NCBI RefSeq assembly: GCF_006345805.1
Contig: NC_043010.1
Span: forward strand, 28,520,001 to 28,584,000
Source of the DNA: Octopus sinensis
Lineage: Eukaryota
Direction: 5' to 3'
Length of the DNA stretch: 64,000 nucleotides
The position numbers were made by a program, and so were the translations under genes. Below the pieces are notes generated by a model that was given only the letters and a program-made list of their open reading frames with translations, searched no databases and was not told the origin of the DNA. Numbering within the stretch: the stretch's first letter is position 1; every line of letters starts with the position of its first letter. This document shows, one piece after another, positions 36,011 to 47,817 of the stretch.

Positions 36011-37781
36011 AGGGGCGAGCCCCTTTCTATGCTCGGGTCAAGGCAAAGAACGCAAACACCAATATCAGCAGCAGGGCCTGATTGCATATGATGGTTTACC
36101 CCCCCCCTCCCCCGCTGCATCATGCTGATTCCATACCCCTTTGAGCAACATAAAAATTCACTCATCCATCCACAAACACTCTCCAAGCTTTTCTATCATT
36201 TATAAACTCTCTTGCCTCTCTCACTCCAACATCTCTAACTACCAAGGCTTTCCTCACTCCATCCATCCCCACAAACCGAGGGCTGCCTCTGGTTCTGCTG
36301 CTGGGGTTAATGCAGTTTTGCACCTTTCCTTGAAAAATGAATTTTTTTTTTTCAGATTCCTATGTTTAACCCCCACCCCACCACTCCCCACACCAGTTTA
36401 AAATTTTGAACTTTTTCGAAATCTTTTTCCCCTATATTTTAGATTACGGAGATTCCGGATATGCAAGAAACTACGTTTTGAAACTTTAACATTCAATAAG
36501 CATATAGATAGGTATATAAAGAGATAGATGGATATGAATGTCTTCCTGGGGCTAAAAACAACAGTAACTTCTATAGGACCACCACATTTAGTTGACAAAT
36601 ATATTTTATGAATAAACGGATAGGGATAAATAGATAGACAGACAAATAAATAAATGGATGAAAAAGTTCAAAATTTAAAATTGGGAGAGGCTAAAATTTG
36701 AGCCCGTTATTAAACTTTATAACATTAATTATTCAGAGTTGTTACACGACCCAGAGTATGGCAGTTTGACCCAGTTTTGTGTAGACCTAAACTACCAAAA
36801 CTCCACGGCTAGCATTATACAATGTTGACTGTCCCTTTCTTTGCTTTGCCAACAAGGAAGAAATAACAGTTCGAATTTCTGTTTCCGATGGTAAATCCAA
36901 ACGCCCAGGATGTTTACGTTTAAGTTCCACTGACATTTTACCTGGACCTCGTTTTCATTACCCAAATTAAACATATCAATAATTTCTTGTTTAAATGGAT
37001 CCACATACTTTCGACCATACTTATTACCGTGCTTTTCTTGTTCTTGCCCATCCACAACACTCATGATTATGCTGGATTGCTTCATGAATGGGATCAAACA
37101 TCATAAGTTCTTCAACATTTGAACTAATATTAATCACCTCAAATTGATGCTGTTCATCTATGTCTTTAGTATAAACAATAGCTTGACTGATTAAATCTTA
37201 TTGTCCTAAGGCTCCCTTGCAATTATGGATTTCCATTTTGTCCCTACGACATAAATTACATTGAAGGGGATTTTCATCGTCTGATTCTATATCTGAATCA
37301 TTAATATTTGATGCTACAGCAACTCCAAAACGATACTTGTCTGAGATATTCCCCTCAACGCCATCTATATATATAAAACTGAGAATGTGTGTCTGTTTGT
37401 CTGTCTGTGTGAATCCCTAAAACATGAGAACTACACAACCAATTTCATTCAAATTTTACACATGCCTTACTTAGGATCCATGGAGTGTCATGGACAAAAA
37501 ATCTTTAACTTCTTGCCTAGCGCGAGCCCACAGCAATATCATATCTTCTCCACTATTTCAGTATTACGTGTTAAAAGTGAAACAAAAACATCTCTCTATT
37601 GTATGTATATGGATGTATTTATATATATATGTATAGCTGTATATGTATACATGTACATGTATAGATGTATTTCTATAGATATACATGAATATGTATACAT
37701 GTATGTCTAGATGTATATATATATGTAATATGTACACATATACATACACATATATATACACCCATACACACACACATACAT

Positions 37782-38095
37782 AGGTGCAGGTGTGGCTGTG
37801 TGGTAACAAACTTGGTTCCAAAACACATGGTCCTCAGTTCAGTCCCACTGTGTGGTAACTTGGCATGTGTCTTCTGCTATAGCCTTAGACCAACCAAAGC
37901 CTTGTCAGTGGATTTTGTAGACAGAAACTGAAAGAAATCAATTGTATGTATATATATAAGTCTATGTGTGTGTCTTTGTGTTTCTCTCTTATCTCTGCTT
38001 CACAACTGGTGTTCTTTATTTACATCCCCATAACTTACTGGTTTCACAAGAAGAAACTGATAGAATAAGTACCAGGCTTATCAAAATATAAAAAC
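37782..38095 (+). mobile_element. SINE family A, diverged, inside the Helitron
   Basis: aggtgcaggtgtggctgtgtggtaa...gttcagtcccactg...gaaactgaaagaa. Confidence 0.75.
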
Positions 38096-38160
38096 GCACT
38101 ACGCAGTGTCTCATATTTTTGTTTGCCCACTCAGTTGTATCTATAAATTTATCTTTGTGT

Positions 38161-38217
<57 letters not shown>

Positions 38218-38324
38218 CGCGTGCGTGTGTGTGTGTGTACATATATATATATATGGATTTCGTAGACAGGAACTGAAACAAATCAATCGTATATATATGT
38301 ATGTATATATGTAAGTATATGTGT

Positions 38325-38550
38325 TTTGGTATTGGCAACATGAATGACAATGGTCAGAGACTACTTGAATTTTGCACATACCATAAACCTTTGCATCACC
38401 AATACATTCTTTGCCAACAAGACATCCCACAAGGCATCTTGGAGACATCCAAGATTTCACCACTGGCATCAGCTGGATCTCATCATTACACGAAGATCCT
38501 TTCTGAAATCCCTTCAACTGACCCGTAGTTACCACAGCACGGATCATTCA
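38325..38550 (+). mobile_element. RTE-clade LINE endonuclease fragment
   Basis: GNMNDNGQRLLEFC / LCITNTFF..K..HKASWRHPRFHHWHQLDLIITRR. Confidence 0.85.
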
Positions 38551-39109
38551 CTAGAGCTCCATGACCTTCATTTTTCAGGAGCAAAATCATTTTAACAGGT
38601 TCAATAAGACTGGAATTTTGGAATCTGCGCATAAAAATCAGTAGTATGGGATACATGTGGCACGATTACAATTTTGGGGTGGGGTGTAAAGAGGGAAATA
38701 ACCTTCATCTGCAATTTTGATGAAATTTGAAACATAGGTATTCCAGTTCATTACAGAAAATATAACAGAAAAGTCTAATTCTTCAATTGTATGTAACTCG
38801 GGCAACGCCGGGTAACTTTGCTAGTAAACACTACATTTTGTTAAGCTGCCTCTACCTTTCTCTACAACACCAAAATCTTCAACAGTGTCTGTATCAAATA
38901 TTTCATTCTGATTGGAAGCACAATCTTCTTCATCGGATTCGCTTTCACAATTTCCTTCATTTACATCGTTCGTAGTGCCATTGATAAGATTGTATGTTGC
39001 TGTCAATGGTAAGTTCGAATTTTAATAAACTGAAGCGGAATTTCTTATCGAATCAAACTGTACTTCCATATGATCACCTATGTTTTGTAATTTTCCAATT
39101 ACCTTCAAG

Positions 39110-39526
39110 GGATCTTTTCCTTTTGAACAGTTTTCAACACAATTTCTAGTTAACTAAACACTTTAAAACTTCGTATACTGGTAGAACGTGTCAAAATAAA
39201 ACATTTTTTCTCTTGGCTTTCTTGAGAAAATTGTAATTTGTAAGTTTAACGTAGTTTAATTTTTCGAATTTTAACCAATCGATCGCCTCTATTCAGCTAA
39301 AATCATTTGATGCGTCTAAAACTGAGACAACATCCTGACACTAACCCTAACCCTAGCTCTAACCCTAACCCTACACTAATCCTAACCCCAACCCTAACCC
39401 TAAATTTTAGCCTTTCGTTTTTTTTTTTTCTTAATTGTTAAATTAATTTAACCAGTATACGAAGTCTAAAAGTGTTTAGTTAACTAGAAATTGTGTTGAA
39501 AACTGCCGTTCAAAAGGAAAAGATCT
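39110..39526. mobile_element. Second GGATC-type MITE, containing a telomere-like (CCCTAA)n block
   Basis: Same TIR family as 31904-32752; near-perfect TSD ccttcaag / cctccaag; CCCTAA variants at 39339-39403. Confidence 0.85.
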
Positions 39527-40724
39527 CCTCCAAGTTTTCCTGTTCAAACAGTTCAACAACTAATTATGCCACTGTATTACTTATACCGCCATTAGCATTT
39601 AAAGATCAACTAATTCAACAGGAGTTATAACATCTGAACCCATATTACAATGCATATGCACATGCCTCATAGCTGTAGCAAAATGAGCGCCGATACTGCC
39701 TTTACTATCTTGTACACGCGGCGGTGTTCAGTGAACAAATTAAAGAGACTACCCGGCAGTGGCTAAAATGCGAAGCGATCAAGTTTATGTATCAATTTCC
39801 TTTTTAAATATTTATTTCCTTTCACACAATATTAAAACAACGACTAAAAATTTTCTGAAGCAGCACCCCAACTTATTTTTTGTTAATATAAAAAAAATAA
39901 TAATAATAATAACAACTATGAAGAAAACGAGTATGAAAAAAAAATTGCGCTAACGACCCTGTGGGTGTGGGGTAGCGGAAGAGGACTTTCGGAAAATTCA
40001 CAAGATCCAATTTTTCCGTCATAACTTTCGGTAAAATGGATATAGCATTGATTTTTTTTTTTTTTACGGAATCCCACGTTTTTGGTTATACACATACACA
40101 CACTGATCTAAATTAAATTTTAATCAACATTAGCTGCTTTGCGGTCACGGAGATATTCCGAATATTAAAAAAGCTGCAACCATATTCCGTTTTTTACCTA
40201 AGACTAAAATATTAACACAATAACTTGCCTAAAGGGGGCTAAAACAACTCTCCCTTTACAAAGTAAAAACTTACAACGTTATATACATGGCTGCGTGAAC
40301 TTAATTTGTGACTTACAGGATGGATAGCCAGTGTCGAAATCTGAAGTATATTTAAAGTGTAATGTGTGGAGAAAGAACATAAGCAGTGTCAAAGTATAGT
40401 ACATCTAAGACTATAAATGATATAAATAGTGAATACTCTGAAAAAAAAATGGTAAATTAAAAAAAATGAACAAAGCTTTAGGGGAGACAACTCTAACATT
40501 TTATTTGAATTACCTCCCATCAATGTGACGCATGGTTGTTTTCTATTATTGTGTTCACTTTCATATCGAATTCTGCTTCAATATTTAAACAGCAAAATTA
40601 TTCCATATTTTCCTTTTCGTATTTTCAGCGTTCGATCGTTTTGGGCACTGGCTTAAATACAACATAAATAGCATTCACATCTATGATAGTATTCGCGAGA
40701 AGATTCATCTTGCAATAATAATAA

Positions 40725-40830
40725 TCCTTTCTACTATGGGCACAAGGCTTGAAATTTGTGAGGCGGAGGCTAGTCGATTACATTTACTCCAGTGTTCAAC
40801 TGGTACTTACTTTATCGATCCCTACAGGAT
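40725..40830 (-). mobile_element. SINE family B, 3' fragment
   Basis: aataataatcctttctactatgggcacaaggcttgaaa...ggtacttactttatcgatcc. Confidence 0.75.
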
Positions 40831-40940
40831 GTTTGTGGACGTGATGTTTGTGGTGGAAGGAAGACTTGAAGGAGGAGAGATGACGTCACGTCGGCGAGAG
40901 AGAAGACATGTTTCCCTCTTGGCGAGACCTGGCGATAGAG

Positions 40941-41372
40941 AGGAGCTGGCAGAAACGTTAGCCTGCCGGGCGAAATGCTTGGCGGTATTTCGTCTGCTGC
41001 TACATTCTGAGTTCAAGTTCCGCCGAGGTCGACTTTGCCTTTCATCCTTTCGGGGTCGATTAAATAAGTACCAGTTACGCACTGGGGTCGATATAATCGA
41101 CTTAATCCGTTTGTCTGCCCTTGTTTGTCCCCTCTGTGTGTAGCCCCTTGTGGGCAGTAAAGAAATAAGAAACGTTAGCATGCCGGGCGAACTGCTTAGC
41201 CATATTTCGTCTGTCTTTACGCTCTGAGTTTAAATTCCGCTGAGGTCGACTTTGCCTTTCATCCATTCGGGGTCGATAAACTAAGTACCAGTTACATACT
41301 GGGGTCGATCTAATCGACTGACCTCCTCCCCCAAAACTTCAAGCCTTGTGCCTAGAGTAGAAAAGATAGAGA
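40941..41372 (+). mobile_element. Two SINE family B copies in direct tandem with different tails
   Basis: Shared core gaggtcgactttgcctttcatcc(t/a)ttcggggtcgat at ~41025 and ~41243; the tails differ. Confidence 0.85.
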
Positions 41373-41982
41373 GAAAGGTCCTGACAGCAAGTGTTAAGAA
41401 TTGAACAATCTGCTGGCAGTACCCAATTATAAGTCGAAGAGCGACTTTATTTACATGCCTTCAAACCACAAGCTATTTTGGCACGTTGTTACTAACTGTG
41501 AAGATACGTCTGAGAAGTGGATTTTTTATATCTTTCAGATGCTCATGTTCTTTGGGTTTTTTTTTTTATAAATCAAAAACACAGAACAAAAATATAACAG
41601 ACAAGGAAAACATATGGACAGATGGACGATACAAGGACAGATAGGAAAACCAGGACGGACTATTCATGGCTTTCTATTCATCAGTCAAGATTCCAATTAT
41701 CACTACAGTTTCAGCCTGTTACACTTGAGACTGTTCAAAATTGGTAGGCCCCAAAAATCTAAGCTAAGAGCATTCGATTTTTGGAAGAAAGCTGGCGAAT
41801 ATGTGCAACAACACAGACAAAAAATTATGTATGTATGTATCTATGTATGTGCATATATATATATATATATATATATAAGTTCAGTAAAAATTTAGATTCA
41901 GATGAATATGGTACTTAAGTTGAGGCACCAGAATTTAGTATAGTATTATCCATACAATTTCAAAATAAGATGATTAGAATCT

Positions 41983-42260
41983 AAATAAGCAACAAGGATA
42001 TCCAGAGGTAATGCAGTATGATTGTTTATAAGTGGAAGGAAGGACAACAATGTTATTTGTCTATCTCCTTAACTTCTTGGAAATTTTAGGCAAAATTATA
42101 CTAATGTGTCCATCTGTTTTAATTTAATTAAATTCTATGTCTTTGTGCAGCTGAGGATTGGTCTGCATTTAAATTGATGTAATGGTTACATTGTTCAATT
42201 AAATGGAGTTGTGTGAAACGATCGTACTGTATTACCTCTGGATATCCTTGTTGCTTATTT
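41983..42260. repeat. Short inverted-repeat element (~43-bp arms)
   Basis: aaataagcaacaaggatatccagaggtaatgcagtatgattgt (41983-42025) is inverted at 42218-42260. Confidence 0.6.
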
Positions 42261-42262
42261 TG

Positions 42263-42306
<44 letters not shown>

Positions 42307-42369
42307 GTGCTACAAATTAAACTCAAATTTTATCCAACACTGCTTGTGTAAATTAAATTTAATTAAATA

Positions 42370-42520
42370 CAGAGGCATGGGTGTAGCTTTGTGGAAAGAA
42401 GGTTCTGGGTTCACTCTTACTGCATGGTACCTTGGGCAGGGGAATTTTACTGCAGTACCAGGCTCAGCAAGGACTTGTGAGCGAATTTGATTGATGGAAA
42501 CTGAAAGAAGCCTGTCGGGC
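42370..42520 (+). mobile_element. SINE family A, 5' fragment
   Basis: Degenerate head ending in ggaaactgaaagaagcctgtcg, followed by a microsatellite. Confidence 0.6.
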
Positions 42521-42556
42521 ATGTGTGTGTATACGTGTGTGTGTAAGTGTGTATAC

Positions 42557-42594
<38 letters not shown>

Positions 42595-42596
<2 letters not shown>

Positions 42597-43249
42597 GAAG
42601 AAACATAAGACCAGGTAATTTAATCTGCAAACATGACTCCAATTTCAGATGAATTTAAAGAACAAATATATACATGATACATTAAAAGTATATAAATACA
42701 TATACATTTTTAAAAAATCTATAAATATATTAAAAATATATATGTAAGATAATAGATTTTTTAAAAATCTTTAGATGTAGACATAAGTATATTAAAATGT
42801 ACATGTATACGTAAATATTTTGAAGAAGGTCTGAAGTAGTGATGAAAGTGAAATTAAAGATACAAGGAGGAAAGAAATTAAAGGTCAGGATAGTTAAAAA
42901 TAGGGTACTGACAGCTGTTTCTAGAAATTAATTGCTAGTAAAAATAAGGGGATATAGTACTCATTATTTAGCAATTCCTCCATCTTCAGGGTAAGAGGTT
43001 TTACATTTGCAAATTAACAAGTTATGTATACATGTATGTTTTAATATACCTATGTCTACATCTAAAGATGTTTTTAAAATCTATTATCTTACAAATATAT
43101 TTTTAATATATCTATTTATTTATAGATTTTTAAAAAATGTCTATGCATTTATATATTATTAATGTATTATATATATAATTGTTCTTTAAATTCATCTGAA
43201 ATCGGAGTCATGTTCATGGATTAAATTACCTGGTCTTACGTTTCTTCAT
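42595..43249. mobile_element. Foldback/MITE-like element with ~215-bp inverted arms
   Basis: atgaagaaacataagaccaggtaatttaatc... at 42595 is inverted as ...gattaaattacctggtcttacgtttcttcat ending at 43249. Confidence 0.75.
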
Positions 43250-43253
43250 ATTA

Positions 43254-44498
43254 TTGAGTTGACAACTAAGTTCCTGCCGTTTTTTAAAATTTTGGAATCT
43301 ATTTTTTTCAAGAATTCTATTTTTGAATCATTTTGGAATCTATTTTTTTTTTCTAGTTAATTTTAGTTAATTTTCGTTTATTTTCAGATCATTAAAATGG
43401 AATGTCAAGTTAAGAAAAATGAGCATTTTCAACACCTCCTTCTTTTTGCTTTTAATCAAGGTTCTAAGGCCACAAAAGCTGCTCGCAACATTTGTGCTGT
43501 GTATGGAGAGGGTGCAATAGCTGAAAGAACCACTCATGATTGGTATGCCAAGTTCAAAAACACACCTCATTCTGGCCGTCCAGTTGAGTTCGATGAAGAA
43601 CAATTAAACCAACTTTTGCACGAAAATTCTCATCAAACAACGAGGGAACTGGCAGAGAAAATGGAATGCTCCCACACTGCTATGGAAAAGCATCTTCACT
43701 CGATGGGAAAGGTTCAAAAGTATGGAGCATGGGTTCTGCATTATTTAAGTGACAACAACAAAAATCAATGAGCCACAATCTCTGCTGGTTTGCTTGCTTG
43801 TCACCGCTCAACACATGGGCACGAGCAACGATTTCTTTACCGAATAATTACTGGTGACAAAAAATGGTGCCTGTACATCAATATGAAGCAGTGTACTGAA
43901 TGGCTTAGCCCAGTAAACAAGTGACACCATGCGTGAAACAAGATCTTCATCCGCGTAAAACAATGTTGTGCATATGGTGGGAATGGGAAGGGATTATCCA
44001 TTACGAATTACTTGAATGGAACCAAACGGTCAATGCAAAACTCTATGTTCCACGGATGGAATGACTCAACATGGCTGTTCAAGAGAAAAGACCTAATCAG
44101 CATCATGGAGTTCTTCTGCTGTACGACAACACCCGCCCTCATATCGCCAATATGACCAAGGAATCCATTCAAATGCATGGTTGGGAAGTGCTGTCACACC
44201 CGCCATACTCTCCTTATTTGGCACCAAAGGATTTCCACCTCTTTTGATCTCTTTCAAATGCTATGCGCAGAGTTTTGTTCGATACTGATACAGAATTGAG
44301 AGCTTGGTTGGATCAATTTTTCGAGTCGAAATCAGGTGATTTCTATAAATGAGGTATTGAAAATCTTGTTGAACATTGGGTAGAAGTTGTAAACAACAAG
44401 GGTGAATACATTATTGATTAATTAGATGTTACTTTTTTAATAAAACTTTTAAAAAAGTAAAATTTTAAAAAAAACCAGGAACTTAGTTGCCAACCCAA
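43254..44498 (+). mobile_element. Full-length mariner (Tc1/mariner) DNA transposon, inactive
   Basis: TIRs TTGAGTTGACAACTAAGTTCCTG and CAGGAACTTAGTTGCCAACCCAA, TA at both ends, about 1.25 kb. Confidence 0.92.
43397..44421 (+). pseudogene. Mariner transposase pseudogene (D,D34D type)
   Basis: HTH region, GAWVLHYL (WVPHEL-like), IITGDKKW, LLYDNTRPH, HPPYSPYLAPKDFHLF; several stops and a frameshift. Confidence 0.92.
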
Positions 44499-45539
44499 TA
44501 TATATTTTTATCTTTTGTCTCAAGTTCCTCTTCATCACTTCTTAGTGCAAACCTTAACTTTGTGAGAGAGTTCCTGATTAATCATATTCTTTCTTAAAAC
44601 AATTATACATATATATATATATATATATATATCAAAAATTTAACAAAAACACAACAAATGGAAAGTTTGGCAAAAACGTGGCAAACAGAAAATTCATTGT
44701 TAATCCCTCATCAGTCAATGTCCAAAAGATCATTACAATTTCATGCCTTTAACATTAATATCGTTCACTTTGGTGGTGCAAGTGGTGAAAAGACATTGGG
44801 AATAGTTAAGGAATGTACACGACAATGACAAAAACAAATACAACAAAATAAAATTTACGTATACAGCAAAAAAGTTGTGCATCCACAAGACAGATAGGTA
44901 TGGGGTAATGCAAACGAAAATGAAAATGGCTTGGAAGGCTGGAGACAAGAGAAGCACGGATAGAAAGTCAGAACGAAGGAAGAAGTAAATTATTAAGGAG
45001 GGAAAGAGAGAGAAAGAAAGAGGATGGAAGGCAAATGAGAAGCAAACAAAGAGAAAGAGATAGAAATAGACATTGCTCAAAAAATATTCCAAGAATATTT
45101 TACAAATGAGTAAAAAGATCAGGAGTGTGTAGCATTACCGCGTGACAACTGGGGTATGCACTTTCACTGTAGACAGAAAATGAGAGATTACCTGGATCAG
45201 TTTCAATCAACAACTGTCTATCTGCCTTTAACAATTCTAGGTAATGGTGCATATACATGCGCGCATGCATACATACACAATGAGTTATGTAAGGATTTTA
45301 TTAAGCCGTATAAAGAGCTTTCCAGTTAATTTAGTTTAGTTTATGCATGTAGTGTTTGCTAAAATCTATAATATTCTGTTGTGTATAGCAAAAATCGAAC
45401 ACTGTTAATGCATCAGTAATTTATTAATTGAACAAGGAACCAGACTGTTTTATTAGTGAAAATCATTTCATCTAATTTGATGATAATAATAATAATAATA
45501 ATAATAATATAATAATAATAATAATAATAATAATTGACT

Positions 45540-46645
45540 GGATGGAATAAAATCTAAGCAGTTAATACATGAGTGATAGCATCATTTCGGTATGTAGCTG
45601 GAATCATAAACTGGCAAAAGAAAGAACTGATGAACAAGGATATGAAGACAAGAAAAATATTGACAGTGCACGGGGCCTTCCACTCTAAGAGTGACACCAA
45701 TAGGCTCTACTTGTCCAGAAGAATAGGTGAGAGGGGTTTGATCAGTTGTCATAATTGTATCGAAGCAGAGGAAAACAGTTTAGGGTGGTATGCAAAAAAT
45801 ACCGTTCAACCATTGTTGAAACATGTAAAGAAGCCTGGCATCATCAAAATTCATAATTGCATGAAGAAAGAAAAACTTAAAGAGGAAAAGAACACAAAAA
45901 AGAAGCTGTATAGAAGTAGAAAAATGTACAGTCAGTTTGCAAGAGATATGAACACTAAGACATACAGAAGACCGGTGACTATGGATGAGGAGGAGTGACC
46001 TGAAGCACTCATATGCGCAGCTCAGGAACAACTGTTAAGGACTAACTATGTGAAGTGCAGAATTGATAACACTGCCAAGCATGACAAATGCAGAATGTGT
46101 GGTGAGAGAGGTGAAACAGTATAGCACATCATTAATGAATGCCCAAAATTGGCACAACGCAAATACAAAAGATGTTATGGCAATGTGACAAGAATGATCT
46201 ATTCGGAGCTCTGTGGAAATCACAGCCTACAAAGAGCAAAGACATGGTATGAGCAAAACCCAGAATGAATTACCGAGAATGAAAATTGTGAAATCCTGTG
46301 GGATGCAATGATTCAGTATGATCACCTGAACAGACATTGGAAACCAGACATTGTTGTGGTGAATAAAAAAGAGAGAAATTACATGATAATCAACACAGCA
46401 TGTCCCAGTGACAACAGGAGCAACAAAAAAGAAAAACTGAACAACTACGTCAATTTAAAGTGAGAAATACGAAGGTTATGGTCAATGAGGAGAGTAGACG
46501 TGATCCCAATAGTAATCAGCATACTTGGAAATATCAACTCAACTACTAATATGGCTTAAAAAAGTTGGTACAAATGTAAAGATAGAACACCTACAAAAAT
46601 CAGCATTGTTTGGAACTGCAAGAACTCTTTGCAGGATTCTATGGG
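45540..46645 (+). mobile_element. Dong/R4-type LINE 3' fragment next to an (AAT)n tract
   Basis: RLYLSRRIGERGLIS, AAQEQLLRTN, CRMCGERGETV.HIINEC (CCHC), ILWDAMIQ..WKPDIVVV; (AAT)n at 45480-45535. Confidence 0.85.
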
Positions 46646-47653
46646 AAGCTGGGTGACGAACAACAGTCTGGTGTGATGAAGAAATACAGTTAGTATGAAG
46701 TTGGAAGACAAACTACAGTCATTGGGAATCTGGGCAATGAAGAACTACATTATACAAGACATCCAGCCATGTACGACTATCTTTCTCTCTGGGAAAGTTG
46801 GTTTGCTGGGCTGGTCCACAGTTTCTCAGCTGCTGACTTGGCTATTGGAGCTGTGTTGGTGTCAGGACATGTTTTGCAACAAAAGTTTCTCCTGGAAATT
46901 TCAGGTAGTTGTCGATGAAATTTCAATAAAAACTGAAACTGCTCTCCTCTTTTTTTTTTTTTTTTTTGGCCACAATGAAATAGTATAAAAAGACTGTCAT
47001 TTATGACTATCTAATATATTTTAATTGGGTTTGATTTAAAAACACTGTGTTAGCTGAAATCTACAGGTTTAATCTTTCGTATATTGTACTTTTGGATAAG
47101 TTTCGTAAATTTTATCCAACAACTGTTTTTCCAGCAATGGCTGATCCCTTCTGCCAAAGTTATTTAGTTGGTGTTTAGGCAATCCATTGAACTGGTTTAG
47201 AAAACATGGCATGATGTCTCTGCAGATGAAAATTCATATAACTAACCAAAGACATCAGGTAGAAGTAAATGCTGGTTTGGGTTGGACTGGATCAAAATTA
47301 CCGATTTTTTATACTTAAAGTTGTTCTGCTAGTGATCCTGTAACATAATGTCATTGTATGTTTTATTTGTGCCAAGAAAAGTAGAAAGTTGTGATGCACA
47401 AGTGATTTAAAAGCATCTCGAAGCTCAAATATCCTAGAAACTCACAGCGTAAATAATTCATCATGTGATGAACAATGTCAAGATTAACAGGTCCTTTCCT
47501 TGATGATGGTGAAGAGTTATCCATTCTTCAACACACACACACAAGCACACACACACACACGCACACACATACACACACACATATATATAATAAATGTAAC
47601 CACATATGGGCCATTCGCAGTTTTCTTTCTTCTTTGGACTTTTCCTTTTCTCC

Positions 47654-47688
47654 TTTCTGATGAAGAACTATGCTCGAAACATTAAAAA
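47654..47688 (+). ncRNA. Degenerate minimal hammerhead-like motif
   Basis: tttCTGATGAagaactatgctcGAAAcattaaaa: core present, stems II and III imperfect. Confidence 0.35.
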
Positions 47689-47817
47689 CTCTCTCCTTTC
47701 ACTAAATGTCAAACTAATATATAATTCTTGTGCACCTTCGTTTTTTTTTCTCTTTTTGTTTTTTATTAATTTTTTTAATTGTTTGTTCATTGAATTGACT
47801 ATATATATATATATATG

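Larger units (their letters stand above)
37364..38824 (+). mobile_element. Non-autonomous Helitron inserted between A and T
   Basis: 5' TCTATATATATAAAA at 37364; 3' hairpin ctcgggcaacgccggg followed by CTAG (38821-38824); no TSD; removing it restores the flanking frame. Confidence 0.8.
36787..39750 (-). pseudogene. Decayed transposase-like coding region, interrupted by a MITE and a Helitron
   Basis: With the insertions removed it reads QDSKGSIGAHFATAMRHV...VITPVELVDL-NANGGISNTVA...CSVYGVEGNISDKYRFG...QCNLCRRDKMEIHNC...YGRKYVDPFK...RLDLPSETEIRTVISSLL. Confidence 0.55.
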
